This document shows positions 10,299 to 24,403 of a stretch of DNA of 64,000 nucleotides, in pieces. Position 1 is the first letter of the stretch, and each line of letters starts with the position of its first letter. The stretch is from contig JAYGDX010000292.1 in assembly GCA_046582655.1 (NCBI GenBank), forward strand, positions 1 through 64,000, given 5' to 3'. The stretch is from Candidatus Poribacteria bacterium (GTDB lineage Bacteria > Poribacteria > WGA-4E > UBA9662). The position numbers and the translations under genes were made by a program. The notes under the pieces are model-generated. The model had not been told where the DNA came from. It saw only the letters and a list, made by a program, of their open reading frames with translations, and did no database searches.

Positions 10299-11675
10299 AT
10301 GTCATCGATACCTCAACAAGTTCAACTTGTTCTTGAAAACACTGAGCCTCTAAAATGGTCACGCGGTAATCGTCTACCTGTATATTTATGGCCTATTATG
10401 GATCTAACGATAGATGATGAAGCAGAAGCTAAATCCATCATTCAACAGCTTGACGAACGTGGTATTGGGCTAATCTCCACTTGGAATCCATCTGATCAGG
10501 AACAGACATTAACCAGAGGTTTGCAGATCGGTAGAATTCAGAAACAATTGGGATTGAGAGTCAGTGTTAATGCCAATCCGTGTACGTATTCGTTTTGCAA
10601 CGGCGACCCTCGCACTGCTCATATTGATGAAGGCGGTAAGGCTTTTTTCGATCAATCGTTCGGTGAAGGCCATCAAATGGGTTGTCCGTTTGCGCTTGAT
10701 TTTCGTCGACCGGAAATGCGGAAACGTATTGAGTTCTTTGTTCAAGCATATTATGAAGCTGATCTGGAAATCGGCTTCATTTTTGCCGATTGGGAGATTG
10801 ACGGTCCTATTGAATGGAACGGTGCTTGGGCGGCTTCCAAGCGTTGCCAGCGTTGTCAAGATCAAATTGAGGACATTCATGATTTCACAACTTTTCAATC
10901 TGCGTTGCGGCAAAAACGAAGTCAACTCCAGCGGGAGATGTTAGCCGATACGGTCACCTCATACTTTCCTCATGCTTTGGTTGGCAATTATGGAGTTTAC
11001 CCTCATGATGGCCATCGGTACTGGTACGATTATTTTGAAAAATTTGTAGAGGGTGCTCCTTATAGGCAGGAAGGTCTGGCTAAATACCGCCAATGGTTTG
11101 ATGAGTTTCCGTTGACCGGATATACTTCTGCTATGCCGGTGGTCTATACTTGGGACACTATTTGGAATTGGTACGATTTTGATCAAGTTGATTATCGATG
11201 GTTCTACAATATGTTAACAGTAGGTAGCAACGCAGGAAAGTCTACGCCACCTGAAATTCCTATTGTGACATTTGTGCATTGGCATACCGTACATACCATT
11301 GAGGATGGCAATTCAGGTATACAGCAGTTCAGTGAGAACATGTATCAGGAGCTTCTATGGCATCTTCTGTTGCGAGGACACGATACGCTTTTCATGTGGT
11401 GCCCGTTAGACCAGACAGTTCAGGAAACACGATTGGTACATCAGGTTTATGCCGCATCCCTGGAATACAGAGATTTTCTGGAGTCGGGTACCCCTATTAA
11501 TTTCGATGTCCCTCCTCAACCTAGCCCGGTAATATCAGGAATCAGATTAGGTGATTATCTGTTATTGAGACGAACTGATTTTGACGATACAAGGGCAGAT
11601 GTGACTTTAACAGTCGATGGATTTACATTCGAAGTGCCGCGTGTTTTAGGGAAATGTATGATAAAATCACTATGA
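10299..11675 (+). CDS. Hypothetical protein, possibly carbohydrate-active
   Basis: 458-aa ORF in the same operon; FADWEIDGP and a CxxC motif. Confidence 0.7.
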   Translation: MSSIPQQVQLVLENTEPLKWSRGNRLPVYLWPIMDLTIDDEAEAKSIIQQLDERGIGLISTWNPSDQEQTLTRGLQIGRIQKQLGLRVSVNANPCTYSFCNGDPRTAHIDEGGKAFFDQSFGEGHQMGCPFALDFRRPEMRKRIEFFVQAYYEADLEIGFIFADWEIDGPIEWNGAWAASKRCQRCQDQIEDIHDFTTFQSALRQKRSQLQREMLADTVTSYFPHALVGNYGVYPHDGHRYWYDYFEKFVEGAPYRQEGLAKYRQWFDEFPLTGYTSAMPVVYTWDTIWNWYDFDQVDYRWFYNMLTVGSNAGKSTPPEIPIVTFVHWHTVHTIEDGNSGIQQFSENMYQELLWHLLLRGHDTLFMWCPLDQTVQETRLVHQVYAASLEYRDFLESGTPINFDVPPQPSPVISGIRLGDYLLLRRTDFDDTRADVTLTVDGFTFEVPRVLGKCMIKSL

Positions 11676-11680
11676 TCTTA

Positions 11681-12583
11681 TCATATTACCATCTGTAGTT
11701 CATGGGGTAGATCTGGCACGGCTCCGGCTTGAGAGCAGATGAAAGCTGCCACGCGACAAGCGTGATGATTTATAACTTCTAGGTCATGATCCCGTAACAG
11801 GCCTATAGTCATCGCCGCAGTGAATGCGTCACCAGCGCCGACAGTATCAGCAACCTCAACACGAACGCCTTGGCATTCACTAACTTGATCGTCTGAAACT
11901 AAGATAGCACCTTGTTCCCCTCGAGTTAGAGCGATCAGACGTAAATCGTACTGTTTCATCAATGTCTCGACAACAGCCATATCTGAGCCCGGCAACTCGA
12001 AAACTGAAGCTAAAATAGGCAGTTCTTCATCGCTCAACTTTAGCACATCAGCAAATCTCAGGGATTGTTGAATCAACGCAAGGTCGTAAAACTGCTGCCG
12101 CAAATTGACATCGAGAATGCGTAAGCAGTTAGACGGCAGAGATTCAAGAAAGCGTTGGATGGTATCTCGTGACATCTGGTTTCGTTGACTCAGTGTACCG
12201 TAACAGACTGCGTCAGTTGTAGAAGCCAAAAGTGCAAGCATCCCAGACCATGGAATAAAATCCCAAGCTGAATCAACACAAATTTCAAACTGTGGATGAC
12301 CTGATGAGTCAAGCTGGATCTGAACCGTTCCGGTTGGGTACTGATCAGAACAGGAAATTGATGATGTATTAATCTGGCGTGTCTCTAGAAATGTTAAGAT
12401 TTGTTGACCCAGTTGATCTTTGCCAACACAACTAACCACATGTGCATCTGTTCCTAACGCCTGTGCATGACAGGCAAAGTTGGCTGGCGCACCACCGAAA
12501 CGTTCACCCTCAGGAAAAATGTCCCATAATACCTCTCCAATGCCCGTAACTTGAAATTCACTTTCCATTTTAAGATTGATCAT
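11681..12583 (-). CDS. PfkB-family carbohydrate kinase (fructokinase-like)
   Basis: GEVLWD, GGAPANFA, DVNLR, DTVGAGDAF. Confidence 0.92.
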   Translation of the reverse strand: MINLKMESEFQVTGIGEVLWDIFPEGERFGGAPANFACHAQALGTDAHVVSCVGKDQLGQQILTFLETRQINTSSISCSDQYPTGTVQIQLDSSGHPQFEICVDSAWDFIPWSGMLALLASTTDAVCYGTLSQRNQMSRDTIQRFLESLPSNCLRILDVNLRQQFYDLALIQQSLRFADVLKLSDEELPILASVFELPGSDMAVVETLMKQYDLRLIALTRGEQGAILVSDDQVSECQGVRVEVADTVGAGDAFTAAMTIGLLRDHDLEVINHHACRVAAFICSQAGAVPDLPHELQMVI

Positions 12584-13055
12584 AATCTGTAATTCTACTT
12601 GAATTCAACTCATAAATGCAACAGTAGGTGAAATGTTCAAGAGGCAAGTTGTGATAGTATCACGTCTTCTTAAACTATTGGAACTACCGAATTGAAGGAG
12701 CGATTATGAGGAACTAGGAACAATTTGCTTGGGAACAAAGATTAATTTTCTAGTGTCAGAAACGTCATAACAGGTCTAGTCCTAAAATTAAACAATACAT
12801 CTTGGGATTTGCACTCTAGCTATAAATTATAGGGAAGAAGAATATTTAACGGAATCACCGTATTTCTGTGTGCTGACGGGCTGTCTGGAAATATCATATT
12901 TCTGTCCTGCGTTCTGTAGGGTAAGAGTGGATATGTGGAACTCACTGCCTGCGCATAGCTAAGGCAATACGGGTATTTTATGAGAAAGGACTTCCATATT
13001 TAGGCTTATGTTGTCGGAATTATTGGATTATTAAGAAATTAAAGTGATTTTCAGC

Positions 13056-13084
13056 TTGACATATTGAAATATAAGACATATAAT
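13056..13084 (+). promoter_or_regulatory. Consensus sigma70 promoter of the rrn operon; boxA-like GTTCTTTGAAAA at about 13121
   Basis: TTGACA (13056-61), 17-bp spacer, TATAAT (13079-84). Confidence 0.9.
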
Positions 13085-13259
13085 TGGCCTGCTTTCTTGA
13101 AAAAGAAAGTGGATTCTAAAGTTCTTTGAAAACTGAATAGACTGATTAGTCGGTGTGTTTTTTGTAGTGAATTGAACACTATCATAGTGGACATTGCTCA
13201 TGAATTTTGTCTGACATGCGTGTACGTGTGTTGGACGTTAAACGTGTTATTAAGAATTA

Positions 13260-14815
<1,556 letters not shown>

Positions 14816-14892
14816 CAATATGTGTTACTGTGAAACATTACGGCTTTGATTGATATTCAGTTTTCAAAATCTTTAGATTTGGGTATATAACT

Positions 14893-14966
14893 GGGTGTAT
14901 AGCTCAGTTGGTTAGAGCGCTGTGCTGATAACGCAGAGGTCTCTGGTTCGATTCCAGATATGCCCA
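14893..14966 (+). tRNA. tRNA-Ile(GAT)
   Basis: Cloverleaf, anticodon loop CTGATAA, GGTTCGATTCC; located in the ITS. Confidence 0.95.
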
Positions 14967-14974
14967 TTTAGTGT

Positions 14975-15047
14975 GGGGGCGTAGCTCAGTTGGGAGAGCA
15001 TCTGCCTTGCACGTAGAGGGTCAGCGGTTCGAGTCCGCTCGTCTCCA
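14975..15047 (+). tRNA. tRNA-Ala(TGC)
   Basis: GGGGGCG/CGTCTCC acceptor stem, loop CTTGCAC, GGTTCGAGTCC. Confidence 0.95.
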
Positions 15048-15128
15048 CTCTAGCTTTGTTAATTCAAAGCGATGATCTTTGACAAGTACATGAATTTCTT
15101 TTGATTAAAAGCTTCTTAGTATAAAAAT

Positions 15129-18122
<2,994 letters not shown>

Positions 18123-18205
18123 TTATTTCTAACTTTTAGTGAACTGAAATGATTGTACTTGTCAATTTGAATTTATTTGATGTGCTTTCATCAAATTGAT
18201 TGTTT

Positions 18206-18323
18206 TTCCGGTGACTATAGCGGAGGGGAAACACCCGTTCCCGTTCCGAACACGGTAGTTAAGGCCTTCAGCGCTCATGATACTTCGAGGGAGACCTCGT
18301 GGGAAAGTAGGACGTTGCCGGGA
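18206..18323 (+). rRNA. rrf: 5S rRNA
   Basis: CCGAAC motif and terminal CCGG/CCGGGA pairing; follows the 23S. Confidence 0.95.
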
Positions 18324-18334
18324 TTTTTTATCTG

Positions 18335-18381
18335 AAAAGCCTGTGGAATTTGGATTAAGTCCGCTTTCCACGGGCTTTTTT
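18335..18381 (+). terminator. Rho-independent terminator of the rrn operon
   Basis: AAAAGCCTGTGGAA...TTCCACGGGCTTTTTT hairpin with U-tract. Confidence 0.8.
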
Positions 18382-18480
18382 AGTTTCTGAATCTAGTTGT
18401 TGCTGCCTCTCTAGCAAAATATTTTTGCCTGTGCTATTATTTTGTTTAAATTTGCGAGATAAAAATTCAAGAGGTGTAGA

Positions 18481-19224
18481 GTGTCTGGACATTCCAAATG
18501 GGCTTCGATCAAGCATAAAAAGGCTGCTAATGATGCTAAGCGAGGAAAGCTGTTCACGAAGTTGTTGAAGGAAGTCACTGTTGCTGCTCGAAACGGCGGT
18601 GGAGATCCGGAAATGAATCCGCGCTTGCGAACGGCAATACAAGCTGCTAAAGCCGCGAATGTTCCGAATGATACGGTTGACCGCGCTATTCTTAAAGGCA
18701 CAGGGGATCTCGAAGGAATCGGTTACGAAGAAGTCGTTTACGAAGGGTACGGGCCGAACGGTGTGGCGCTAATTATCGAGGTTCTAACCGATAATAAAAA
18801 TAGATCTGTTTCTGATCTGCGAAATATTCTAGATCGAAACGGTGGTGCTATGGGGGAACGCGGATGTGTTTCATGGATGTTTGAAAAGCGCGGTTTAATC
18901 TTTGTTCAAAAAGATAGCATTGATGAAGACGAACTCTTTCTGATTGCAGCTGATGCTGGTGCTGAAGATCTTGAAACGCAAGAAGAACAAATTCAAATTA
19001 TTTGTCCATTTGAAGATTTTGAATCAGTGCGTGTTGCCATTAAAGAATCCCATGCTGATATTTCTTTAGCAGAGACTACCATGGTTCCACAGACAACGAT
19101 CAAGTTGGATGAGAAACAAGCTGAACAGATGATTAGGCTCATGGACTTGCTCGATGATAACGATGATGTCCAAAAAGTTTATGCAAACTTTGATATTCCG
19201 GACGATATTCTAGAAGCAGCCTAG
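18481..19224 (+). CDS. yebC: YebC/PmpR-family protein
   Basis: MSGHSKWASIKHKK, YEGYGPNG, DDVQKVYAN. Confidence 0.97.
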   Translation: MSGHSKWASIKHKKAANDAKRGKLFTKLLKEVTVAARNGGGDPEMNPRLRTAIQAAKAANVPNDTVDRAILKGTGDLEGIGYEEVVYEGYGPNGVALIIEVLTDNKNRSVSDLRNILDRNGGAMGERGCVSWMFEKRGLIFVQKDSIDEDELFLIAADAGAEDLETQEEQIQIICPFEDFESVRVAIKESHADISLAETTMVPQTTIKLDEKQAEQMIRLMDLLDDNDDVQKVYANFDIPDDILEAA

Positions 19225-19236
19225 TAGGGTAATAGA

Positions 19237-19737
19237 TTGTTGGTATTGGGTGTCGACAGCGGTCTTGCCAATACCGGTTATGGTTTTGTAAGGTCCGTCG
19301 AGTCGAAATTTGAGATGGTGGATAGTGGTAATATTCAAACTACTGCCAAAATACCATCGCCTGAGCGACTAAAGATAATATCAGACACACTAGATCGGCT
19401 TGTCGAGCAGCATCAGCCGCAGGCTTTGGCTATCGAAGAACTCTTTTTTAGTAAGAATGTAACAAGTGCGCTTGCAGTGGGGGAAGCGAGAGGCGTCGCA
19501 AAATTAGTTGCTGCTAATCAGGGAATTCCCGTTTTTGATTACAAACCAGCAGAAGTGAAAATGGCCATCGTTGGATATGGTGCAGCGACAAAGCGCCAAA
19601 TTCAAGAAATGATTAAAGTTGTTCTTAATCTCGACTCTATTCCTCAATCCGATCACGCAGCGGATGCACTAGCTTTGTCAATTTGTCATCTTAGATCGCG
19701 GAAATATATTGAACTTCAGGAAAAACATACCATATGA
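19237..19737 (+). CDS. ruvC: Holliday junction endonuclease RuvC
   Basis: LGVDSGLANTGYG, AIEELFF, DHAADALA. Confidence 0.95.
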   Translation: MLVLGVDSGLANTGYGFVRSVESKFEMVDSGNIQTTAKIPSPERLKIISDTLDRLVEQHQPQALAIEELFFSKNVTSALAVGEARGVAKLVAANQGIPVFDYKPAEVKMAIVGYGAATKRQIQEMIKVVLNLDSIPQSDHAADALALSICHLRSRKYIELQEKHTI

Positions 19738-20333
19738 TTGCGTTTCTTCATGGGGTGCTTGCGTCCAAAGACGCGAATCATGTTGTCATCGATGTCAGCG
19801 GTGTTGGATATATGGTGGAGATTCCGCCTGGATCAGAAAATAAGTTGCCAGATGTTGGCTTAGATATTAAGTTTTACACACACTATCATATTCGTGAGAA
19901 AGATGTGAAACTTTACGGGTTTTGGTCGCTCGATGAGCTCAAAGTTTTTACAATCGCAATTACTGTAAAGGGAATCGGACCAGCACTTGCTTTAAATATT
20001 GTGTCTAAACTTACCCCTTCACAGTTTCGACAAGCAATATTGGCTGAGGATCATGCAGCATTAATACGTGTTCCAAGACTCAATAAGCAGAGTGCTCAAC
20101 TTGTGATTATGACTTTGAAAAAGAAGATTACTCAGATTGGGTTTGACGGAACAATTGAAGAAGACAAATCTGGAAAACGGAACAGAGAGGCAATTCAGGC
20201 ATTAATAGGGCTTGGTGGGTCGGAAGAAGCGTCGGAAAAGGCAGTGGTAGAAGCTCAGCGAGTACTCGGTGATGAGGCAAAAATAGAAGATTTAACCCTC
20301 CTTGCACTACGCTACTTGAATAAATTTTCTTAG
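19734..20333 (+). CDS. ruvA: Holliday junction branch migration protein RuvA
   Basis: DVSGVGY, LYGF, VKGIGPALAL; synteny with ruvC and ruvB. Confidence 0.93.
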   Translation: MIAFLHGVLASKDANHVVIDVSGVGYMVEIPPGSENKLPDVGLDIKFYTHYHIREKDVKLYGFWSLDELKVFTIAITVKGIGPALALNIVSKLTPSQFRQAILAEDHAALIRVPRLNKQSAQLVIMTLKKKITQIGFDGTIEEDKSGKRNREAIQALIGLGGSEEASEKAVVEAQRVLGDEAKIEDLTLLALRYLNKFS

Positions 20334-20347
20334 GTGAGCTGGGATAA

Positions 20348-21343
20348 ATGGAAAAACAAATTGAGAATTTTCTTGATGAAGAAGAAAATCAATATAGCCT
20401 TAGACCGCAAGAACTCAGTGCGTTTATTGGCCAAGAAAAGAACAAAGAACAATTACGGATACATATTGAGGCCGCTAGACGACGTAATCAGGCTCTTGAA
20501 CATGTTCTGCTGGTTGGTCCTCCAGGACTCGGTAAAACGACGCTGGCTAAAATTATTTCCAACGAAATGTCAAATGGTTTTAAGTCAGCGGTTGGACCAT
20601 CAATGATAAAGATTGAGTTGGCTACGATTCTGACGAATTTGGCAGAAGGTGATGTGTTTTTTATAGATGAAATTCATCGGATGCAGCCGCAAATACAGGA
20701 AACGCTGTATCCTGCCATGGAAGATTATAAGCTTGATCTGCCTGTGGGGCAGGGACCATCGGCTGATATCATTCCAGTTCCCTTGTCCCATTTCACTCTT
20801 ATTGGTGCTACGACGCGTGAAGGCCTGTTGGCAGCCCCATTTCGCGACCGTTTTGGTATTCGTATTCATCTTGATTATTACACAGTTGAAGAACTAAAAA
20901 TCGCTATTCTACAGAATAGTGGAAAAATAAATGTTGAAGTTGACGATGAAGCGCAACTCGAAATAGGGTTGCGGTCACGGGGCACAATGCGAATAGCTAA
21001 AAATCTACTCTTTAACGTTCGGGATTATGCTTCTGTAAAATATGATGGTGTTGTTACAAAAGATATTGCGCTTGAGGCACTCAACTTCTTTCAGATTGAC
21101 GAACTTGGACTTGATGAACAGGATCGGTACTATTTGCGAACGTTAATAGATAAGTTTGATGGCCGTGCGGGTCTGAAATCACTTGCTGTTGCAATCAGCG
21201 AAGATGAACGTACCGTTGAAGAGGTGTATGAGCCCTATCTGATTAAGATTGGGTTTATATCGTTTACACCGATGGGGCGTGTGGCAACCGATCGGGCATA
21301 TAATCACTTAGGTTATAAAAATCAGACATTACTTGAATTCTAA
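20348..21343 (+). CDS. ruvB: Holliday junction helicase RuvB
   Basis: LRP..FIGQ, GPPGLGKTTLA, FIDEIHR, LIGATTR, EPYL. Confidence 0.97.
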   Translation: MEKQIENFLDEEENQYSLRPQELSAFIGQEKNKEQLRIHIEAARRRNQALEHVLLVGPPGLGKTTLAKIISNEMSNGFKSAVGPSMIKIELATILTNLAEGDVFFIDEIHRMQPQIQETLYPAMEDYKLDLPVGQGPSADIIPVPLSHFTLIGATTREGLLAAPFRDRFGIRIHLDYYTVEELKIAILQNSGKINVEVDDEAQLEIGLRSRGTMRIAKNLLFNVRDYASVKYDGVVTKDIALEALNFFQIDELGLDEQDRYYLRTLIDKFDGRAGLKSLAVAISEDERTVEEVYEPYLIKIGFISFTPMGRVATDRAYNHLGYKNQTLLEF

Positions 21344-21349
21344 CTGAAG

Positions 21350-22375
21350 TTGCGACTTACCGATTTCGACTACAATCTTCCCAAACAGCTTATCGCCCAA
21401 GATCCTCTTGAAAGACGAGATCTCTCTCGGCTTCTGGTCGTCAATCGGGATACGGAAAAAATTCACCATACACAATTTTCACAGGTTGCTGATTTTCTCC
21501 CTTCCCCGTCTCTTCTGGTCCTAAATGATACAAGAGTCATTCCAGCGCGGTTGATTGCTAAAAAAATTACTGGAGGGAAGATTGAGGTATTTCTATTAAG
21601 ACAAAGAGGGAAAAAAACGTGGGAAGCGCTAATCAAACCGGGAAAAAAGGTAAGGCAAGGCACCCAACTTGAATTTGCTGATTGCGAGCTGACAGCTCGG
21701 ATTTTGACGCGTACAGATGCTGGGAATTATATCATCCGGTTCATTTATAATGGAGATTTTAATCAGATTCTTGAACAGGTGGGGCAGATACCACTCCCTC
21801 CGTATATCAAGCGATCTCCAAATTTGGAGGATATTGATCGGTATCAATCTGTTTATGCTAGTGTAAAAGGTGCAGTCGCTGCACCGACCGCAGGCTTACA
21901 TTTTACGACTGAGTTGATTGATCAACTGAAAGGGAGAGATATTGAGATATCAAGTTTGACATTGCACGTTGGGCTTGGTACCTTTCAGCCTATTAAAACC
22001 TTAAACATTACAAAACATAGAATGCATGCCGAATATTTTGAGATATCCCAGAGAACTGCCGATCAGATTAACAGTGCCAGACAACAGGGGCGAAAAATCG
22101 TTGCTGTTGGAACAACGACTGTGCGTGCAATTGAGTCTGCAGTTGTCGATGGCAAAATTCGTCCACAAAAAGGCGATACTGATATTTTTATCTATCCGGA
22201 TTACGTATTCAAAATCGTGGATGCATTAATCACCAATTTTCATTTGCCCAAATCAACATTGTTAATGCTTGTTAGTGCTTTTGCAACTCGGGAACTCATA
22301 TTTTCAGCATATCAGAAAGCGATTGATCAGGAGTATCGCTTTTATAGTTACGGCGATGCGATGTTGATTTGTTAA
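21350..22375 (+). CDS. queA: S-adenosylmethionine:tRNA ribosyltransferase-isomerase QueA
   Basis: DFDYNLP, PLPPYI, AAPTAGLHF, TNFHLPKSTL, YRFYSYGDAM. Confidence 0.97.
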   Translation: MRLTDFDYNLPKQLIAQDPLERRDLSRLLVVNRDTEKIHHTQFSQVADFLPSPSLLVLNDTRVIPARLIAKKITGGKIEVFLLRQRGKKTWEALIKPGKKVRQGTQLEFADCELTARILTRTDAGNYIIRFIYNGDFNQILEQVGQIPLPPYIKRSPNLEDIDRYQSVYASVKGAVAAPTAGLHFTTELIDQLKGRDIEISSLTLHVGLGTFQPIKTLNITKHRMHAEYFEISQRTADQINSARQQGRKIVAVGTTTVRAIESAVVDGKIRPQKGDTDIFIYPDYVFKIVDALITNFHLPKSTLLMLVSAFATRELIFSAYQKAIDQEYRFYSYGDAMLIC

Positions 22376-22398
22376 ACCACAATTCTGAGGAGAAAATT

Positions 22399-22680
22399 TT
22401 GGAAATTTTAGGTAGTTTTATGCCATTGATTTTAATTATTCCTATCTTTTGGTTCTTGATTTTACGTCCAGAACAGGTTAAGCGGAAAAAACATCAGACC
22501 ATGTTGGGTAACCTGTCAAAAGGGGATCAAGTTGTTTCAAATGGTGGTCTGCACGGAAAAGTTGTTGGTGTCGATAAAGATATTGTTGTAATTACCATTG
22601 CGGAGGGCGTCAAAGTAGAATTGACGCGAAATGCTGTTGCATTCCTTAAAAAAGGTGGAGAGTTAATAGAAGGCGAGTGA
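22399..22680 (+). CDS. yajC: Preprotein translocase subunit YajC
   Basis: FWFLILRPEQ..L.KGDQVV..GGLHGKV. TTG start after a GAGGAG RBS. Confidence 0.92.
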   Translation: MEILGSFMPLILIIPIFWFLILRPEQVKRKKHQTMLGNLSKGDQVVSNGGLHGKVVGVDKDIVVITIAEGVKVELTRNAVAFLKKGGELIEGE

Positions 22681-22692
22681 TTTAAGTATAAC

Positions 22693-23994
22693 TTATGGAG
22701 CGAGGGGCTGAATCTGGTCTAGGCCTCCCATATATGATTTTAGTACTTGTGGGATTCCTACGCTCCCATCTGCTTGTTGATAGTTTTCAAGTATAGCAAT
22801 GACTACACGTGGTAAGGCCAATCCTGAAGCATTTAATGTATGCACAAATTCCGGCTTTGTTCCCCTATCTCGGCGAAAACGAATATTCGCCCGTCTGGCT
22901 TGGAAATCCTCGAAATTACTACATGAAGAGATTTCTAGAAATCTCTCTTCACCAGCTGTCCAAACTTCTACATCGTAACACTTTGATGCCGAAAAGCCTA
23001 AGTCTGCTGTGCAGAGCGTAATTACTCGATACGGCAGGCCGAGTGCTTGTACCACTGCTTCCACATTCATCAGCAGTGATTCGTGTTCGTCATAGGAGGT
23101 CTCAGGGGTGGTGAATTTGACCATCTCTACTTTATCAAACTGGTGAAGCCGAATCATTCCCCGAGTTTCACGGCCGTAAGATCCTGCTTCTCGACGGAAG
23201 CAGGGGGTATAGGCAGTATAATTTATTGGTAGGTCAGCACCGTCTAACATCTCACCGGCAAAAATGTTGGTTACGGGTACTTCAGCCGTTGGAACAAGAA
23301 AGAGATCATTCTCCGGATTTTCGTGGTCTTGATCACACCGATACATGTCAGATTCAAACTTGGGCAACTGCCCAGTTCCAGTCATTGTGAGCCGATTAGC
23401 TACAAATGGTGGTGAAACTTCAGTGTACCCATGCTGGTCTGTATGGAGATCGAGCATGAAGTTAATCAACGCACGCTCAAGCTTAGCTCCCATTCCTTTG
23501 TATAATAAAAAATTGTTACCTGCTATCTTTGATCCCCGCTGAAAGTCAACGATATCCAGCGCTTCAGCAATTTCCCAATGAGGTTTCGGTTCGAAATCAA
23601 AATTTGGTTGGTTGCCCCAACGTTTGATTTCAGGATTATCAGATTCACTAGAACCAATGGGAGTTGTCTCATGTGGGATGTTCGGAATCTCCATCAGCGT
23701 TTCGTTAATTTCTGTCTTTAGCGATTGCGCCTGATTATTGAATTCCTTTACTTTTTGAGAGATGTCCTTCATCTCGGCGATCTTATCGGATGCATCCTGA
23801 TTTGATCGCTTCAATTCTGCAATCTCCCTTGAAACGTTATTTTGGTAATTTCTAAGCTTGTCAGCTTCTGTCTGTGTATAACGCCATTGACGATCGACAT
23901 CCAGCAACCGAGAGAGTGAAATATCGGCTTGTCGGTGCTGTAAAGATGCTTCGACAATATCCGGATTTTCACGAATGAATTTAAGATCCAACAC
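22693..23994 (-). CDS. serS: Serine--tRNA ligase
   Basis: [38 protein letters not shown]. Confidence 0.98.
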   Translation of the reverse strand: MLDLKFIRENPDIVEASLQHRQADISLSRLLDVDRQWRYTQTEADKLRNYQNNVSREIAELKRSNQDASDKIAEMKDISQKVKEFNNQAQSLKTEINETLMEIPNIPHETTPIGSSESDNPEIKRWGNQPNFDFEPKPHWEIAEALDIVDFQRGSKIAGNNFLLYKGMGAKLERALINFMLDLHTDQHGYTEVSPPFVANRLTMTGTGQLPKFESDMYRCDQDHENPENDLFLVPTAEVPVTNIFAGEMLDGADLPINYTAYTPCFRREAGSYGRETRGMIRLHQFDKVEMVKFTTPETSYDEHESLLMNVEAVVQALGLPYRVITLCTADLGFSASKCYDVEVWTAGEERFLEISSCSNFEDFQARRANIRFRRDRGTKPEFVHTLNASGLALPRVVIAILENYQQADGSVGIPQVLKSYMGGLDQIQPLAP

Positions 23995-24034
23995 GCGTCA
24001 TTTTCCTTAAATAGGAACCTATATATGATGAAAT

Positions 24035-24064
24035 AAAAAACCATAGGTTATATAACCTATGGTA
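24035..24064 (-). terminator. Terminator downstream of the tRNA pair
   Basis: Palindrome ACCATAGGTTATATAACCTATGGT followed by a U-tract on the minus strand. Confidence 0.75.
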
Positions 24065-24070
24065 TGGGAA

Positions 24071-24145
24071 CGACCCCGACGAGATTTGAACTCGCGATCT
24101 TCTGCGTGACAGGCAGGTGTGTTGACCAGGCTACACCACAGGGCC
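24071..24145 (-). tRNA. tRNA-Asp(GTC)
   Basis: Reverse complement GGCCCTG...CTGTCAC...GTTCAAATC...GGGGTCG. Confidence 0.93.
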
Positions 24146-24175
24146 AATTGGTAAGGATATGCTACTGTTCTGATT

Positions 24176-24252
24176 TGGTAGGCGGAACAGGAGTCGAACC
24201 TGTGACCTACGGCTTGTAAAGCCGCCGCTCTAACCAGCTGAGCTATCCGCCC
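24176..24252 (-). tRNA. tRNA-Val(TAC), CCA encoded
   Basis: Reverse complement GGGCGGATAGCTCAG...TTTACAA...GGTTCGACTCC...CCGCCTACCA. Confidence 0.95.
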
Positions 24253-24281
24253 CAAAGCAACTCTTGACAAAAGGCTGAATA

Positions 24282-24310
24282 ATTGTAGCGTACGCTAATT
24301 TATTTGTCAA
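24282..24310 (-). promoter_or_regulatory. sigma70 promoter for tRNA-Val/tRNA-Asp
   Basis: TTGACA-17 bp-TACAAT on the minus strand. Confidence 0.8.
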
Positions 24311-24403
24311 GGGCAAAAGCAATGATTTTCAAGGTTGTTTGCCAAAAGTATGTGACTTAGATTAGCTCCAAATCAAAATTAGATCTTGTGGGACTATTTT
24401 GTG

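Noticed and set aside
12690..13020. RBS plus ATG at about 12707 suggesting a gene before the rrn promoter
   Set aside because: The frame closes after three codons and no recognisable protein can be reconstructed.
24071..24252. tRNA genes as an integration site
   Set aside because: No integrase or duplicated tRNA 3' end was seen nearby.
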